Part shown: positions 11,395 to 24,476 of the stretch, in pieces
Position numbering within the stretch: the stretch's first letter is position 1
Layout of the letters: each line of letters begins with the position of its first letter
The notes under the pieces: model-generated
Databases searched by the model: none
Told to the model about the DNA's origin: nothing
What the model saw: only the letters and a program-made list of their open reading frames with translations
Origin: Lophium mytilinum
Taxonomy: Eukaryota
Direction of reading: 5' to 3'
Assembly: GCA_010093605.1 (NCBI GenBank)
Contig: MU004184.1
Location: 1,374,801 to 1,438,800, forward strand
Length of the DNA: 64,000 nt
Program-made: the position numbers and the translations under genes

Positions 11395-13002
11395 ATGCCC
11401 TCAGACCTTGACCTCAGCGAAAAGGCATTCGAGACAGATCTCGAAAAAGACCTGGAATCCGATATTGGAAACACCCCTCTACCAAACCAAGAGAAGGCGT
11501 TCGAAGCAGGTGTACTAGACCCAGACATCCCACCGATACAAGAAGAAGAAGAAGAAAATAGCATCCAGCCTGACCCCAATGCCCTCCCAAGGCCACCCGA
11601 CGGAGGGTTACATGCCTGGATGAAGGTGTTCGGAGGCTTCCTCGTATATATCAATATTTGGGGGTTTACATTGAGTTATGGTGCCTTCCAAACGTACTAT
11701 CAACACGACCTGTTATCCGACTCTACCGCTTCTGCCATAAGCTGGATAGGGACTGTGCAAGCCTGGCTTCTTATCATGGTTGGCGTGCTCTCCGGCCCAC
11801 TGTTCGACCTGGGGTATTTCAGATCTATGCTCTACGTTGGGAACTTTCTGATTGTTATTGGAATCATGATGCTCAGCCTAGCAACCAAGTACTGGCAAGT
11901 ATTTCTCGCGCAAGGAATCTGCATGGGGCTTGGCGCCGGGCTGTTATACATACCTAGTCTCGCCCTCGTTGGTATTTGGTTTGAAAAGAGGAGAGCGCTA
12001 GCGCTGGGAGTCGTGATGTCAGGCACCGCTGTCGGTGAGTTCTACCATATTCCCACCATCTGTAGCGCCCCGAGGTGATCATTGCTCTATCACTCTTCTT
12101 TGGCCTCAGCTCTACATAGTCGGGACACACGAATGCTAACTTCGCCAGGTGGTGTCTGCTATATAATTGCGTTCAACAAGCTCGTCCCCAATATAGGGTT
12201 TCCCTGGACAATGCGCGTCCTCGGCTTCATCGCGCTCGCGCTCGCCATCATGGCCATCCCCTGCCTACTCAGCGGTTCGGCCATGCTTGCCCGCCCCCGC
12301 AAGGCTCGCAGTCTCTTCGACAAGTCTGCCTTTTCCGACCCCCTTTTCATCCTCTTTACATGCTCAACCTTCACAACGTTCTTAGGATACATCGTACCCT
12401 ACTTCTACATCGCAGCGTACGCACAAGACAAGCTACAGACATCTGAATCAACCGCCCTGTACATACTCGTGGTGTGTCTTGCTGGGTCGTTCTTCGGGAG
12501 ATTGTTATGGGGCTATGTGGCGCAAAAGAGTGGAAATATGGTGGCGTGGCTAGGATGTGCGGTTGTGAGTGGGGTTGTCGGTTTTAGTTGGATAGGGATT
12601 GATCATGAGAGCAACTTCATTGCTTTCTCAGTCATGTGGGGTAAGTTGAATAAGAAAAGATGAGTGTTGACTACGTCGGCATGCTAATCTTACCTTGCAG
12701 GTTTCTTCTCCGCCAGTCTCGTCACCCTCCCTGGTTCCGCTTTCCCGAATATCTGCCCCGATCTCTCTAGACTTGGTACCCGGCTCGGCATGTCGTGGGG
12801 AATCTCGTCTATTGCATCCCTCATTGGGGCACCTATCGCTGGAGCGCTTCTTAAGACCCATACAGTTGCTGATGGGACGAAGAAGATGAATTTCCTGGGT
12901 GTGCAGGTGTGGAGCGGGGCGTGCTTGCTTGCGGGGTCGGTGTGGTTGGCAGTGCTCTGGGTCGCCACTGTAAGGAAGCAGAAGACGGGGTGGTTCATTT
13001 GA
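11395..13002 (+). CDS. MFS monocarboxylate-transporter-like (Mch family) permease
   Basis: PPDGGLHAW signature and multiple TM helices. Introns at 12035-12148 and 12641-12700. Confidence 0.93.
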
Positions 13003-13304
13003 GAGGATGGCATGTGGAAAGTTCAGAAGAGAAAGTTGTAGATCCGGACCATGACTGCTCGAGTCGAGACAGGATACGCTCTAGCCGCGTCCGCATCAAT
13101 TTAACCACCGAAGAAATGAAGAGCGAAATAGATTGGCTGGATGTAAGTAACGATGGTTAGGAAAAGAAGAAAACGAAGTGATGTATAGCTTCAAGAAGGA
13201 AGAGCTGGAATATCAAGACAAACGCGCGGGAGCAGGAGTACGAGAAAGTGAGAAAGAGAAGGAAATCAAGATACCATTTTGCTTGAAGCATAGCGGGACC
13301 CGAC

Positions 13305-13915
13305 ACTGAAGCTGAATCTGTGAAAAGTCTTTCATACAGTTGAGATTGTAGCTTCTTGAAGAATATCGTTCTGCATCGTGGTCGGAACTTTCTTACAAAA
13401 CACTACTTCATCCTCTCTCTATCTTGGATATACGGTTGAAGTATACGGTCACTACCCAGTTGATGACCACACTTGGTAAATGTGTTTTGGAGTACTTATT
13501 TGCCAAGAGTATTATTAATAGTATAGGCATGGCAGGAAAGCTATGTTAGTTAAAGATAAGTGCTGACTGCAAGAGACATAGGCGCTAGATGGGTACTGTG
13601 TCTATGATGAATGTGGTTACACGGTTTTATCTGTAAGTCTTTGCAACATTAATATCCAGGGCGTAACCGCAGAGGCTTCCCTTCTTCACCGCAACCTGAA
13701 TGCGCTATGCCCATGTAAGGTCTAAGTTAAAATATGTACCTACAAACACACGACTAGGTCTTATATTTCCCGACGTTTGCACCTCGTGTGTAGCGCATTT
13801 TTCTAATCTGACATGATACTGAGTGTTCATTAGATCCACCCAGCGTCTTCTAAAAAGGTGGTTACACGGTTAGATCCGTAACTCTTTCCAACAATTTGAC
13901 CCATTCCGTGGCCTC
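13305..13915 (-). repeat. Array 1 of the ~80-bp fixed-spacing repeat family (3 clear copies, 2 eroded)
   Basis: Minus-strand cores start at 13881 (TTACGGATCTAACCGTGT), 13636 (TTACAGATAAAACCGTGT) and 13351 (CTACAATCTCAACTGTAT). Each has YACG 29 bp upstream and a GAY motif 33-34 bp downstream. Weaker copies at about 13765 and 13447. Confidence 0.8.
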
Positions 13916-15061
13916 GCAGTCTCCATAAATCTCAATCAAGCAAGCAAAACTCATATACTCCATGACTCGGCGCCTAAGAGCAACAGCAAGCCCTCGCAAG
14001 ATCATTACATAGCCCCTTCACGAATTCAAGTTCCATTATCCCACGCAATCAACTCCAGTCTTTCTACCCTACTTCGCTGCACTCCCTCCCTCGCCTTTCG
14101 TCCAACTACACCCATTAGCCCACCATTCTCTACTAAAAACCGCAATTCAGGCAAGGCTAACTCACTTATTCCACATCTTCCCAATGATCCCAGGCTGCCC
14201 GACCTTCTGCTCCCCAAAACTAGCACGCCGCGCCGCCGTATCCGGGTTCCGATTATGTGCAGCGAGATTCGCGAAGAGGGGTTTGGTCACTGAAGACTAA
14301 TATCACTGTCATCACTACCAGGTCGATTTACAGCACGAGAGGTAAGATGGGTGAATTAGGCGTGAAAGGAGCATACCCTCCGCCGCTCACTCGTGCTCTC
14401 CGCAGGCTTGTCCGGGCTCGCTTGGTCGTTTGAGGCCATGTCTATCGCTCTTTATGCTTGAAGTTGTTACTTCAGGGTTCCAATTGAGTTCCGAGGGTGG
14501 CAGGTTATAGAGAGGTGTGCTGTGGTCTCGTAGCTGTGGGACAAAGAGCTGGACTCTCGCGGGCTTTATATCACACCACTGCTCTACCACTAGGAGCTTA
14601 GATCTTGGTAGCTACCCCGCACACGTCACCAGTTGAGCTCTTCGATCAGCAAGGGCCTAATGACAGGAGCGAATCGGGATGCATCGTCGACTACCCGATT
14701 TAGACTAGCGCGGATTGGATGGGTTTGCGGGGTAGCTTTTGTCAGCGGGCTGTGTCCATCTGAGCAGTTGTGGGAATCGAAAGGAGAGAAGCGAGCTACA
14801 CGGTGTAGTGGTCTGACACTTTACGAGGAACCCGTTACAAGGAGAAGATGGGACAGCTTTGATGAAATCTAGATTCGACCAATGCGATTCAATCACATGA
14901 CTACCCACTGCACATTAACTACCCCTTTTCACGTCTACAATCTTTCTTTTCCTTCCCTCATAGGTCCTTGTGAGTATACACCTCCTCCCGAGAAGCTGCT
15001 GTCATCCGCGAGGCGCTGCGCTAGTTGACATCGATCGCAACGAGCTATGTTTAGCTTGATC

Positions 15062-16787
15062 TTACGCCTTCTTAGCAAGACGCGCTTTGGACGCCTTTAA
15101 CGCAGCCGACAACGCAAACTGGGTGTCGATGCCCTCAACCCGGTGTGTAGAGTTGATGTTTTTGACGAGAGTAATTTGGAAGCAGGTAGCAGAGCCCTGG
15201 CGAGATATGATAGTTGAGTAGGCGAGGAAGAACTCCCAAATCTGGATGAACGATTAGTATCAAGATTCGAGAATGAACTGAGAGAATTGGCTTACCCTGA
15301 ACCACCTAATGCCATACTTTGCAACGACCTTGTCTTTGTTCGCTATCCAGTTCCTATACCAGCGCCACAACGTAGCGGAGTAGTGTACGCCAACAGTGTC
15401 AACTTGCTTGACCTCAAAACCCGCACCTTCAAGTTTGTCGATCACGAAGCCTAGCGGAGTTGATGCATCGGCGCCAGGGAAAATGTGTTTGTTCATGAAT
15501 AGACCCCAGATGAGATCCTCGTACTGCCAGCTCTTCCTCAAGCCAGCGATCTGCAGGAAGAAGATACCGTCGTCGTCAAGCATGTTGTAAACCTGTGAGA
15601 AGAAGCCGCCCAAGTGTCGTACGCCAACATGCTCGGCCATTTCGAGGCAGGTGATCTTGTTGTACTTACCTTCTGGGACAGTGATGTCGCGGTAGTCCAT
15701 GCAGAGGATGCGGCTCTGATCTTCGGCGATGCCAGACCGGCGAAGACCGCTGTTTCCCCAGGCAGTTTGGTTGCGGCCCAGTGTGATGCCCGTGACGTGC
15801 GCACCGTAGTTGACAGAGGCAAACTTGGCCAAGGTGCCCCACCCGCAGCCGATGTCGAGCATGCGTTCGCCTGGCTTGACCTCGATTTTCTCGCATACAA
15901 TGCCGAGCTTGTTGTCCTGGAGCTGTTCAAGAGACTCCTCCTTATTGATGTCAGAAATTATACCAGACGTATAAATCATACGTGGGCCTAGGAACCAGCC
16001 ATAGAAGTCGTCACCGCGGTCGTAGTGGTCGCGGACCTGTTCCTCGTCTGGTAGAGGTTAATGTATACTCAAGGTTTGATTTAGAGTAGAAGGAGCAATG
16101 AGAATGTCCACGTGCCTTGGCTGCGAGTGTGCAGGATTACTTCTGGCATCATACCAGTCAAGAAGTACTTAATGAGACCGATGGTGAAGCGGAAGTTGAC
16201 CCAGTCGTGGCGCTGCTCCAAGATTTCAAGACAATCGCCATTGAAGTCCACTTGACTATCAAAGTACATCTCATGGAAGGTCTCCATGGGAATGGTCCGC
16301 TTGCCCTGGTATTTCTCCTTGTCCTCTGCCTTGTGGAAGGTGAGGTAATGCTCGATGGGCTTTCCGGGAAACGAGGCCTTGTCAGTTTTGCGGGGCGACA
16401 ATGCAGACATTGTCATCCAGAAAGCGGCGAGGAGAGGCAGGTCGACAATTATGCCAATGAACACAGCCGTCTTCCATCCTCCACCAATTTTCCAGGACAA
16501 GTATAGCGGGACACCACCCAGGATGGTGAAGAGCAAAATATTAGAGAATTGCTCGCCTCCAGGGCCGTCTGCGGGAAGGGGTGCATTCTTTATGGCTGGG
16601 TACTACAGGAGAATGAGTATCAAAATGCGTTATCTGCGTGGTGTGGCTCAATGGCTCGAAAGGACAGTGTGCATACCGAAGTGGTCCTCACACCGCAATC
16701 CTGTGCTGGTGGAGCTGGGGACGGAGCTGGGGGCGTCTCAATCCACGCGAAGGACTCCTCAGAGGAGGCCTGGCTTTTTTCCGACAT
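15062..16787 (-). CDS. MTS1: Sphingolipid C9-methyltransferase (cyclopropane-fatty-acid-synthase family)
   Basis: SAM motif MLDIGCGWG, plus CLEMAEHVG and HIFPGAD, an N-terminal TM segment and NAPLPADGPG. Three short introns. Confidence 0.93.
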
Positions 16788-17893
16788 GGCGTAGAATATG
16801 GGAGAAGCTCAGGAGGAGGAGGCAGAGCTGCGAGGTTTTGGAGGCGGTGGGCGTATCAATCAATTATCGGGGTCCATGGCCCAAGCGCAACATTTGCTGG
16901 GATCGGCTGTGTGTGCGCAGCGTAGCTCCAACGGCGGCGCTACAAAGTTAGCACTCGACTGTTACAGACATAGCGAGGTCGTAACTTGATGCAGCAGTTA
17001 AAGAAGATTGGAGTTGGGACAGATCGCACAAGGTTGTATAACTATTTACTACTTGATGTATCAATGTTGATTGGCGTCGGAGAGCAGCATGCAGGAGCAT
17101 GTAAACTGACTACGGCAACGGAACCTAGGTAGCGCAGCCAGATCGTAGCACATGATACCTCTCCTAGAACGCGTTCCGGACCGCTATAGATATAGCCCGT
17201 TTGCATGTGCTGAATTGGATGTTTCGGCTTTACCTTTGTTTGACACTGTCTGAGGTGCTCCGACACACTTTGAAAAAACTTGGGTGCTATGTAAAGCTCC
17301 CACACTGTGAGGCAGCTATATTCAATTGGGAATTCGCGATACTTGTAGTATAAAATACCTGTTTCCCAGCTGTATAATGTTCAGGTTGTATGGAGAAGGC
17401 GCCCCCAAACGTAGCGACCTTCATTTCCACAACACAGACTTTTAGGATTTGCCTTTCCTAGCAGATTGATGATCCGGGTCGTTGTGACTCTTGGGAACTC
17501 TGAACCTTGGATTGGGACCCCGAGCACCAAACTTTGTGTTTGACTTGACGCTGATAGGCGCAAGACGGCGGATAGGGGATTGCGGTGACGAGGTTCAATC
17601 AGCCGTCACGTGCAACAGGGATCAGCGCCAAGATTGAGCCAGGTGTTTCTTATACATTTCGGGAGCCTCTACTCAAGCTAGGACTCCTTTCTCACAACCC
17701 ATCACCACAACACACCTCTCTTTTTCCTCTTCCCTTCTATTCAGCGCATGGGCGTTTGTCTCTACGGGGTCTTATTCTGCTTCTGCTCTTTCACCTGCCC
17801 TAATTCTCCGCCACCTGGCGCCCATTGACAAGGTCGAGCTGGCCTGCCTGCAACCCCCGTTCATCAACACAATCGCCTCGACCAGCCGCCAAC

Positions 17894-20800
17894 ATGGCTC
17901 CTCTACCCATAGCCTTCCAAGAACTGCTCTCGGTAAGCTAATCTACGCGCCTCACTTGTTGCGCGCTTTGCTAACATCTGTGACCTCTCAGTTAACTGCG
18001 GTCGACATCCTCGTACGTGTCTTCCTCCGCTGACCCCCGAAGCGCAAACGGGCCCGTTACTAACGCAACAAGCAGCCGGCTTCGATAGGATTCAACTCAT
18101 GCGTACGTGACAAGTTGCCCAAATTAACGCGCTCCGAAGCTTACGTCTGCCTAGACACTCGAGTCCGATAGCTACATCTGCGTACGACAGCAGGCCGAAA
18201 ACACAGCATCACCCGAAGTCATCATCATCGACCTCAAGAATGGAAACAACATCATTCGGAGGCCAATCAAGGCCGACAGTGCCATCATGCACTGGAACAA
18301 ACAGATCATTGCGCTCAAGGCACAACAGCGCACTCTCCAGATCTTCAACTTGGAAGCCAAGGCCAAGCTGAAGTCCACCACAATGAACGAGGACGTGGTG
18401 TTCTGGAAGTGGTTCAGCGAGACTAGCCTGGGTTTGGTGACAGATAACTCTGTCTACCATTGGGACATCTTCGACCCAGCCCAGGCCGCGCCTCAGAAGA
18501 TGTTTGATCGGACACCCAACCTGATGGTACGTTCAAACATGCCCGGAATAGGTGAACTCCAGCTAACGCATGAACTCCTAGGGCAACCAAATCATCAACT
18601 ATCGAGTCAGCGATGATGGAAACTGGTCAGTAGTCGTCGGCATTACCCAGAACCAAGGCCGCGTGGTCGGAAACATGCAGCTATACTCGAGGGAGCGGGG
18701 CATTCCGCAAGCCATCGAAGGACATGCCGCTGCATTCGGCTCCATTCGATTGGAAGGTGCTCCTGCTGATACTAAGCTCTTCACATTCGCAGTCCGCTCC
18801 GCGACGGGAGCTAAGCTACATATCGTTGAGGTTGACCACGCGCCCTCGAACCCTCCATTCCCAAAGAAGGCTGTCGATGTCTACTTCCCAACTGAGGCTA
18901 CGAATGACTTCCCTGTCGCAATGCAGGTGTCGAAGAAGTACAGCGTGATCTACTTGGTCACAAAATACGGATTCATTCACCTGTACGATCTAGAAACCGG
19001 TACCTGCATATTCATGAACAGAATCTCAAGCGAAACTATATTCGTCACCTCTTCGGACTCAGAAGGAGCCGGCATTATCGGAGTGAATAGGAAGGGACAA
19101 GTCCTGTCGGTCAAGGTCAACGAGGATACAATTGTTCCATACCTCCTGCAAAACCCGGCGAACGGAGAGCTTGCATATAAGCTTGCATCGCGCGCTGGTC
19201 TCCCCGGTGCTGACAACCTATACGAGCAACGATTCGAGGGACTCATCAATTCTGGCCAGTACATTGAAGCCGCACGAGTTGCGGCGAATTCTCCGAGAGG
19301 TTTCCTACGAACTCCTAAGACCATTGAACGATTCAAGGCGGCTCCTCCACAAGCTAACCAGCTTTCTGTCATCTTGCAATACTTCGGCATGCTCCTGGAT
19401 AAAGGGGCATTGAATAAGTATGAGACTCTGGAACTTGTAAAGCCTGTTCTGGCGCAAGGACGCAAACACCTCCTCGAGAAGTGGCTCAAGGAGGACAAAC
19501 TCGAATGCACAGAAGAGCTCGGAGATCTTGTTCGTTCCCAAGACCTGACTCTCGCCTTGATGATCTACCGGAAGGGCCTGGTTCATCAGAAGGTGGTGGC
19601 AGCTCTTGCGGAGCTTGGTCTCTTCGACAAAATCCTGCCTTACAGCTCAGAGAATAACTACCACCCGGACTACACGGTTCTGCTCCAGCACATTGTTCGT
19701 ATCAACGTCGAGAAGGGAGCAGAATTCGCCTCATCTCTGGCGAAACACCCATCTGGGCCACAAGTCGATATTGACCGTGTTGTAGACATTTTCACGTCTC
19801 AAGGAGCGTACCAGCAAGCCACCGCGTTCTTGCTGGATGTGCTTTCAGGAAACAAGCCCGAACAAGCTCATCTGCAGACAAGACTCCTTGAGATGAACTT
19901 GCTCAACGCCCCCCAGGTCGCCGATGCTATCTTGGGTAATGAGATGTTCTCTTACTACGACAAGCCACGCATTGCCCAGCTTTGCGAGAACGCAGGTCTA
20001 CTGACGAGGGCGCTAGAGCATAACGATGATCCCGCTGCCATTAAGCGTATCATTGTGCAAACCGATAAGCTTCCGGAGGAGTGGCTAATAACCTACTTCG
20101 GCCAGCTTACGGTTGAGCTGTCCCTGGACTGCTTGAACGAGATGCTGAAGGTCAACATTCGCCAAAACCTACAGCCAGTCGTGAGGATCGCTCAGAAATA
20201 CTCGGATCTACTAGGCCCGACTCGTATCATCGAACTCCTCGAGAAGTACAGAACTGCCGAAGGCTTATACTACTACCTGGGTGCAATTGTTAATCTGAGC
20301 GAGGACAAGGATGTCCACTTCAAGTATATTGAGGCAGCAACCCGGATCGGCCAACTCAACGAAGTCGAGCGCATCTGCCGAGAGAGGTAAGTGTACTATC
20401 TGAAAACTCATCAGACCACCCCAGATAGCGTCAAACTACTCTGCTAACACTCTTTAGCAACTTCTATAATCCAGAGCAAGTCAAGAACTTCCTCAAGGAA
20501 GCTCAGCTCACCGAACAGCTGCCACTCATCATTGTTTGCGACCGATTCAACTTTATCCACGACCTGGTACTCTATCTCTACAAAAACCAGCAGTTCAAGT
20601 CCATTGAAGTCTACGTTCAACGTGTAAACCCTTCCAGAACTCCTGCTGTTATCGGCGGTTTGCTGGATGTGGATTGCGAAGAGAGCATCATCAAAGGCCT
20701 GCTTCAGTCCGTCAACCCTGCATCAATACCAATCGATGAGCTCGTTTCTGAGGTCGAATCGCGTAATCGTCTCAAGCTGTTACTTCCCTTCCTCGAGGCC

Positions 20801-23335
20801 ACGCTTGCTAGCGGCAACCAGCAACAAGCTGTTTACAACGCGTTGGCCAAGATCTACATCGACAGCAACAATAACCCGGAGAAGTTCCTGAAGGACAACG
20901 ATCAATACGATTCCTTGGTCGTCGGTAAATACTGCGAGAAGCGTGATCCAAACCTCGCGTATATCGCCTACCGCAAGGGACAGAACGATCTGGAATTGAT
21001 CAGCATCACCAACGAAAATGCCATGTTCAAGGCTCAGGCTCGTTACCTCCTCGAGCGTGCTGATGAGGAAATCTGGCTCTTTGTGCTCAACGACAACAAC
21101 ATGTACAGGCGATCATTGGTTGATCAGGTCATCTCCACTGCCGTTCCAGAATCCCAGGACCCGGACAAGGTTTCCATCGCGGTCAAGGCTTTCATCAACT
21201 CAGATATGCCTGCTGAGCTGATCGAATTGCTTGAGAAGATCATCCTGGAGCCTTCTACCTTCAGTGACAATCCTACCCTACAAAATCTTCTCATGTTGAC
21301 TGCTGCCAAGTCTGACCGAGGCCGAATGATGGGATACATCCAGAACCTGAACAACTACGCTCCGGATGAAATCGCCGCACAGTGCATTGAGCTTGGGATG
21401 TACGAAGAAGCATTCGAGATCTACAAGAAGCACGACGATCATATCAATGCTTCAGGCGTTCTCATTGATCACATCGTCAGCGTCGACAGGGCACAGGAAT
21501 ATGCAGACCGTGTCGATCTTCCCGAGGTGTGGAGTAAAGTAGCCAAGGCTCAACTCGATGGTCTGCGTGTCACTGATTCCATTGAATCTTACATTCGTGC
21601 TGGCGATGCCTCGAATTTCCTCGAAGTCATTGAAATCGGTACACATGCTGGAAAAGATGAAGACTTGATCAAGTTCTTGAAGATGGCGAGGAAGACTCAA
21701 CGCGAGGTGCCAATCGATACCGCGTTGGCTTTTTGCTATGCTCGAACTAATCAGCTTCCCGAGCTCGAGGATTTCCTACGTTCGACTAACACCGCTGATG
21801 TTGAAGCATCCGGAGACAAGGCGTACGAAGAGGGTTACCACGAGGCGGCTAAGATCTTCTACACCAGCATCTCAAACTGGGCTAAGCTCGCGACCACTCT
21901 CGTTCATCTTGAGGAATATCAAGCGGCAGTCGAGTGCGCTCGCAAGGCTAACAGTACAAAGGTCTGGAAACAGGTCAACGAAGCTTGCGTTGCTAAGAAA
22001 GAATTCCGTCTTGCCCAGATTTGCGGTCTCAATCTTATTGTTCACGCTGAAGAGCTTGCCGACCTCGTCCGTCAGTACGAGCGCAATGGCTACTTTGATG
22101 AACTCATTAGCCTTCTTGAGGCTGGTCTTGGTCTTGAGCGCGCCCATATGGGCATGTTCACGGAACTTGGAATTGCTCTATCGAAGTATCACCCCGACCG
22201 TGTCATGGAGCACCTGCGTTTGTTCTGGTCTCGTATCAACATTCCCAAGATGATCCGCGCGTGCGAGGAAGCTCATCTGTGGCCTGAATTGGTCTTCCTC
22301 TACGCTCACTACGACGAATGGGATAACGCGGCACTTGCTATGATGGAACGCTCGTCAGATGCTTGGGAACACCACTCTTTCAAGGATACGATTGTCAAGG
22401 TCACCAACTTGGAGATCTACTACCGCGCGTTGACACACTATCTCGAGCAACAACCATCGCTGCTGACCGACCTACTGCAAGCCCTTACACCTAGGATCGA
22501 CGTGAACCGCGTCGTGCGAATGTTCAAGAACTCGGATAACATCCCACTGATCAAGCCATTCTTGCTCAACGTTCAGCCCCAGAACAAGCGCGAGGTCAAC
22601 AATGCCATCAACGACTTGTTGATTGAGACTCTTGACTATAAGACTCTCCGTGATTCGGTCGAGAATTACGACAACTACGACCCGGTGGAACTGGCGCAGC
22701 GCCTTCAAGGTCACGACTTGGTGTTCTTCCGCCAGATTGCAGCAAACATCTACCGCAAGAACAAGCGGTGGGACAAGTCGATTGCGCTCTCCAAGCAAGA
22801 CAAGCTCTTCAAAGACGCCATCGAGACTGCGGCACTGTCTACCAAGCCAGATGTCGTTGAAGAACTACTCCGCTACGTAAGTTGATTCAACTCCATGAAG
22901 AAAGAACTACCACTAACATTATATCCAGTTCGTGGACATTGGTAGCCGGGAGTGCTACGTCGGCATGCTATATGCTTGCTACGACCTTATTCGCCCTGAT
23001 GTCGTTCTGGAAGTCTCATGGCGCAACGGTCTCAATGACTTCACGATGGTAAGCGTTCACTGCTATTTTTATCGCTATCACAGAGCTGTACTAACAACTA
23101 ATAGCCATACATGATCAACTTCCTGAGCCGACAAGCGGCCACGATTGAAACGCTCAGGATTGACAACGAGGAGCGCAAGGCTCGGGAGGCGTCGCAGCAG
23201 AAGGATGAAGAGAGCACTCCCATCTTAGGCTCTCGGTTGATGCTCACCCAAGGACCAGTGGGTGCCCCGTCCCCAGGCCCGTACGGCCAAGCCAATGGAA
23301 TTGCTCCCCAGCCAACTGGGTACCGGGCTTTCTAA
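17894..23335 (+). CDS. CHC1: Clathrin heavy chain
   Basis: [10 protein letters not shown]...TLESD...[13 protein letters not shown] start and CHCR repeats (e.g. [18 protein letters not shown]). Micro-exons at 17992-18012 (21 nt) and 18076-18102 (27 nt); 7 introns. Confidence 0.99.
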
Positions 23336-24476
23336 ATAAGATACCGCGATAGACCGACAGGGCGGGGCGGGACGTGTCTCGGACGAATGAAAAGCGTGTT
23401 AATTATGCTCACATACCTTCACATTACGGCCCGGGATGGAGTGGGATGGACGGATGGGTTTCTGAGATTTGACGAGGGCGATCGATGGGTTAGGTGGTTG
23501 CATTTGTGCACTAGGCTTCACCCACTACTGTATTTTAGTCTGTTCATCTGCTGATTTCGAATTGCTTTTCCCTCACTCAACATTCTTTGACATGGTACCA
23601 TGGCGGTGAAGCAGACACGCAGTCCACAGGCAAGACATCCCGAGCAATGGGCCGTGAGAAAGCGCAGCCCTAGCGGAGATCAGGCGTCGCAGGCATCAAG
23701 CTAGTGGTCAGGTCCCAATGCGCATATACAGCGCGCATCGCTGCCGACGGCACAATGGACCTGATTTGCTCTGTAAATGACGCTGGCAGGCCCGTTCGCC
23801 GGCTACAGAGCGTTCAAGTGCCAGAAGTTGTCCGGGCGATACCGACACAGACGCCCCGACCTGTTCCGCTGATCCGTCGTGCTGCCGAGCTTGTGTCGGG
23901 ATGCCCCAGATCTGCGCGGAAAAGAGCGTCCTGGGGAAAGCTGTGAGGCGGCGAGACATTGAGGTGTGCTCCCCCACGGTATTGATAGTTGTTGAACCAA
24001 GAGCGTGGAGGGAGACGGGCACGGAGACGACGCAGCTTGGTCACGCCGGCGGCATGAAAAATGAGATGCAGCCGTGGGGAGCACGACAAGACCAATAGCA
24101 TGTCCAGAGGCGTGAGGCAGCTTTATCGAGCGTATTGCTGGGGTCCGATGCGGGAGGGGTAGAATAGGGAGCTCTGGCCAGCTCCTGCCGCCGCCTTGAG
24201 CTTATTCCTTTTGCTCTGTCTGGGTCCACGGTACTCATCAAAAACCCTCAACCGCCGCCTTGATTGTGCACTTTCTCGAGATTCAGTTTGCTCATTCTTG
24301 CTGCCAGAACCACACTCGCGTCCCAAGCTACTCTGCCTACTGTGGGGCACGCTTCCGCGTGAAGTACTTAAGGAACCGGCCCCTCCCCCCTCCAGAGCCC
24401 TCGCACCCCTTCGCCGTCACCACTACCGTCGCAGCCTCGAAACTCTAGCTGCAGCGTCTCTGCCTTGTTGTGCAAT

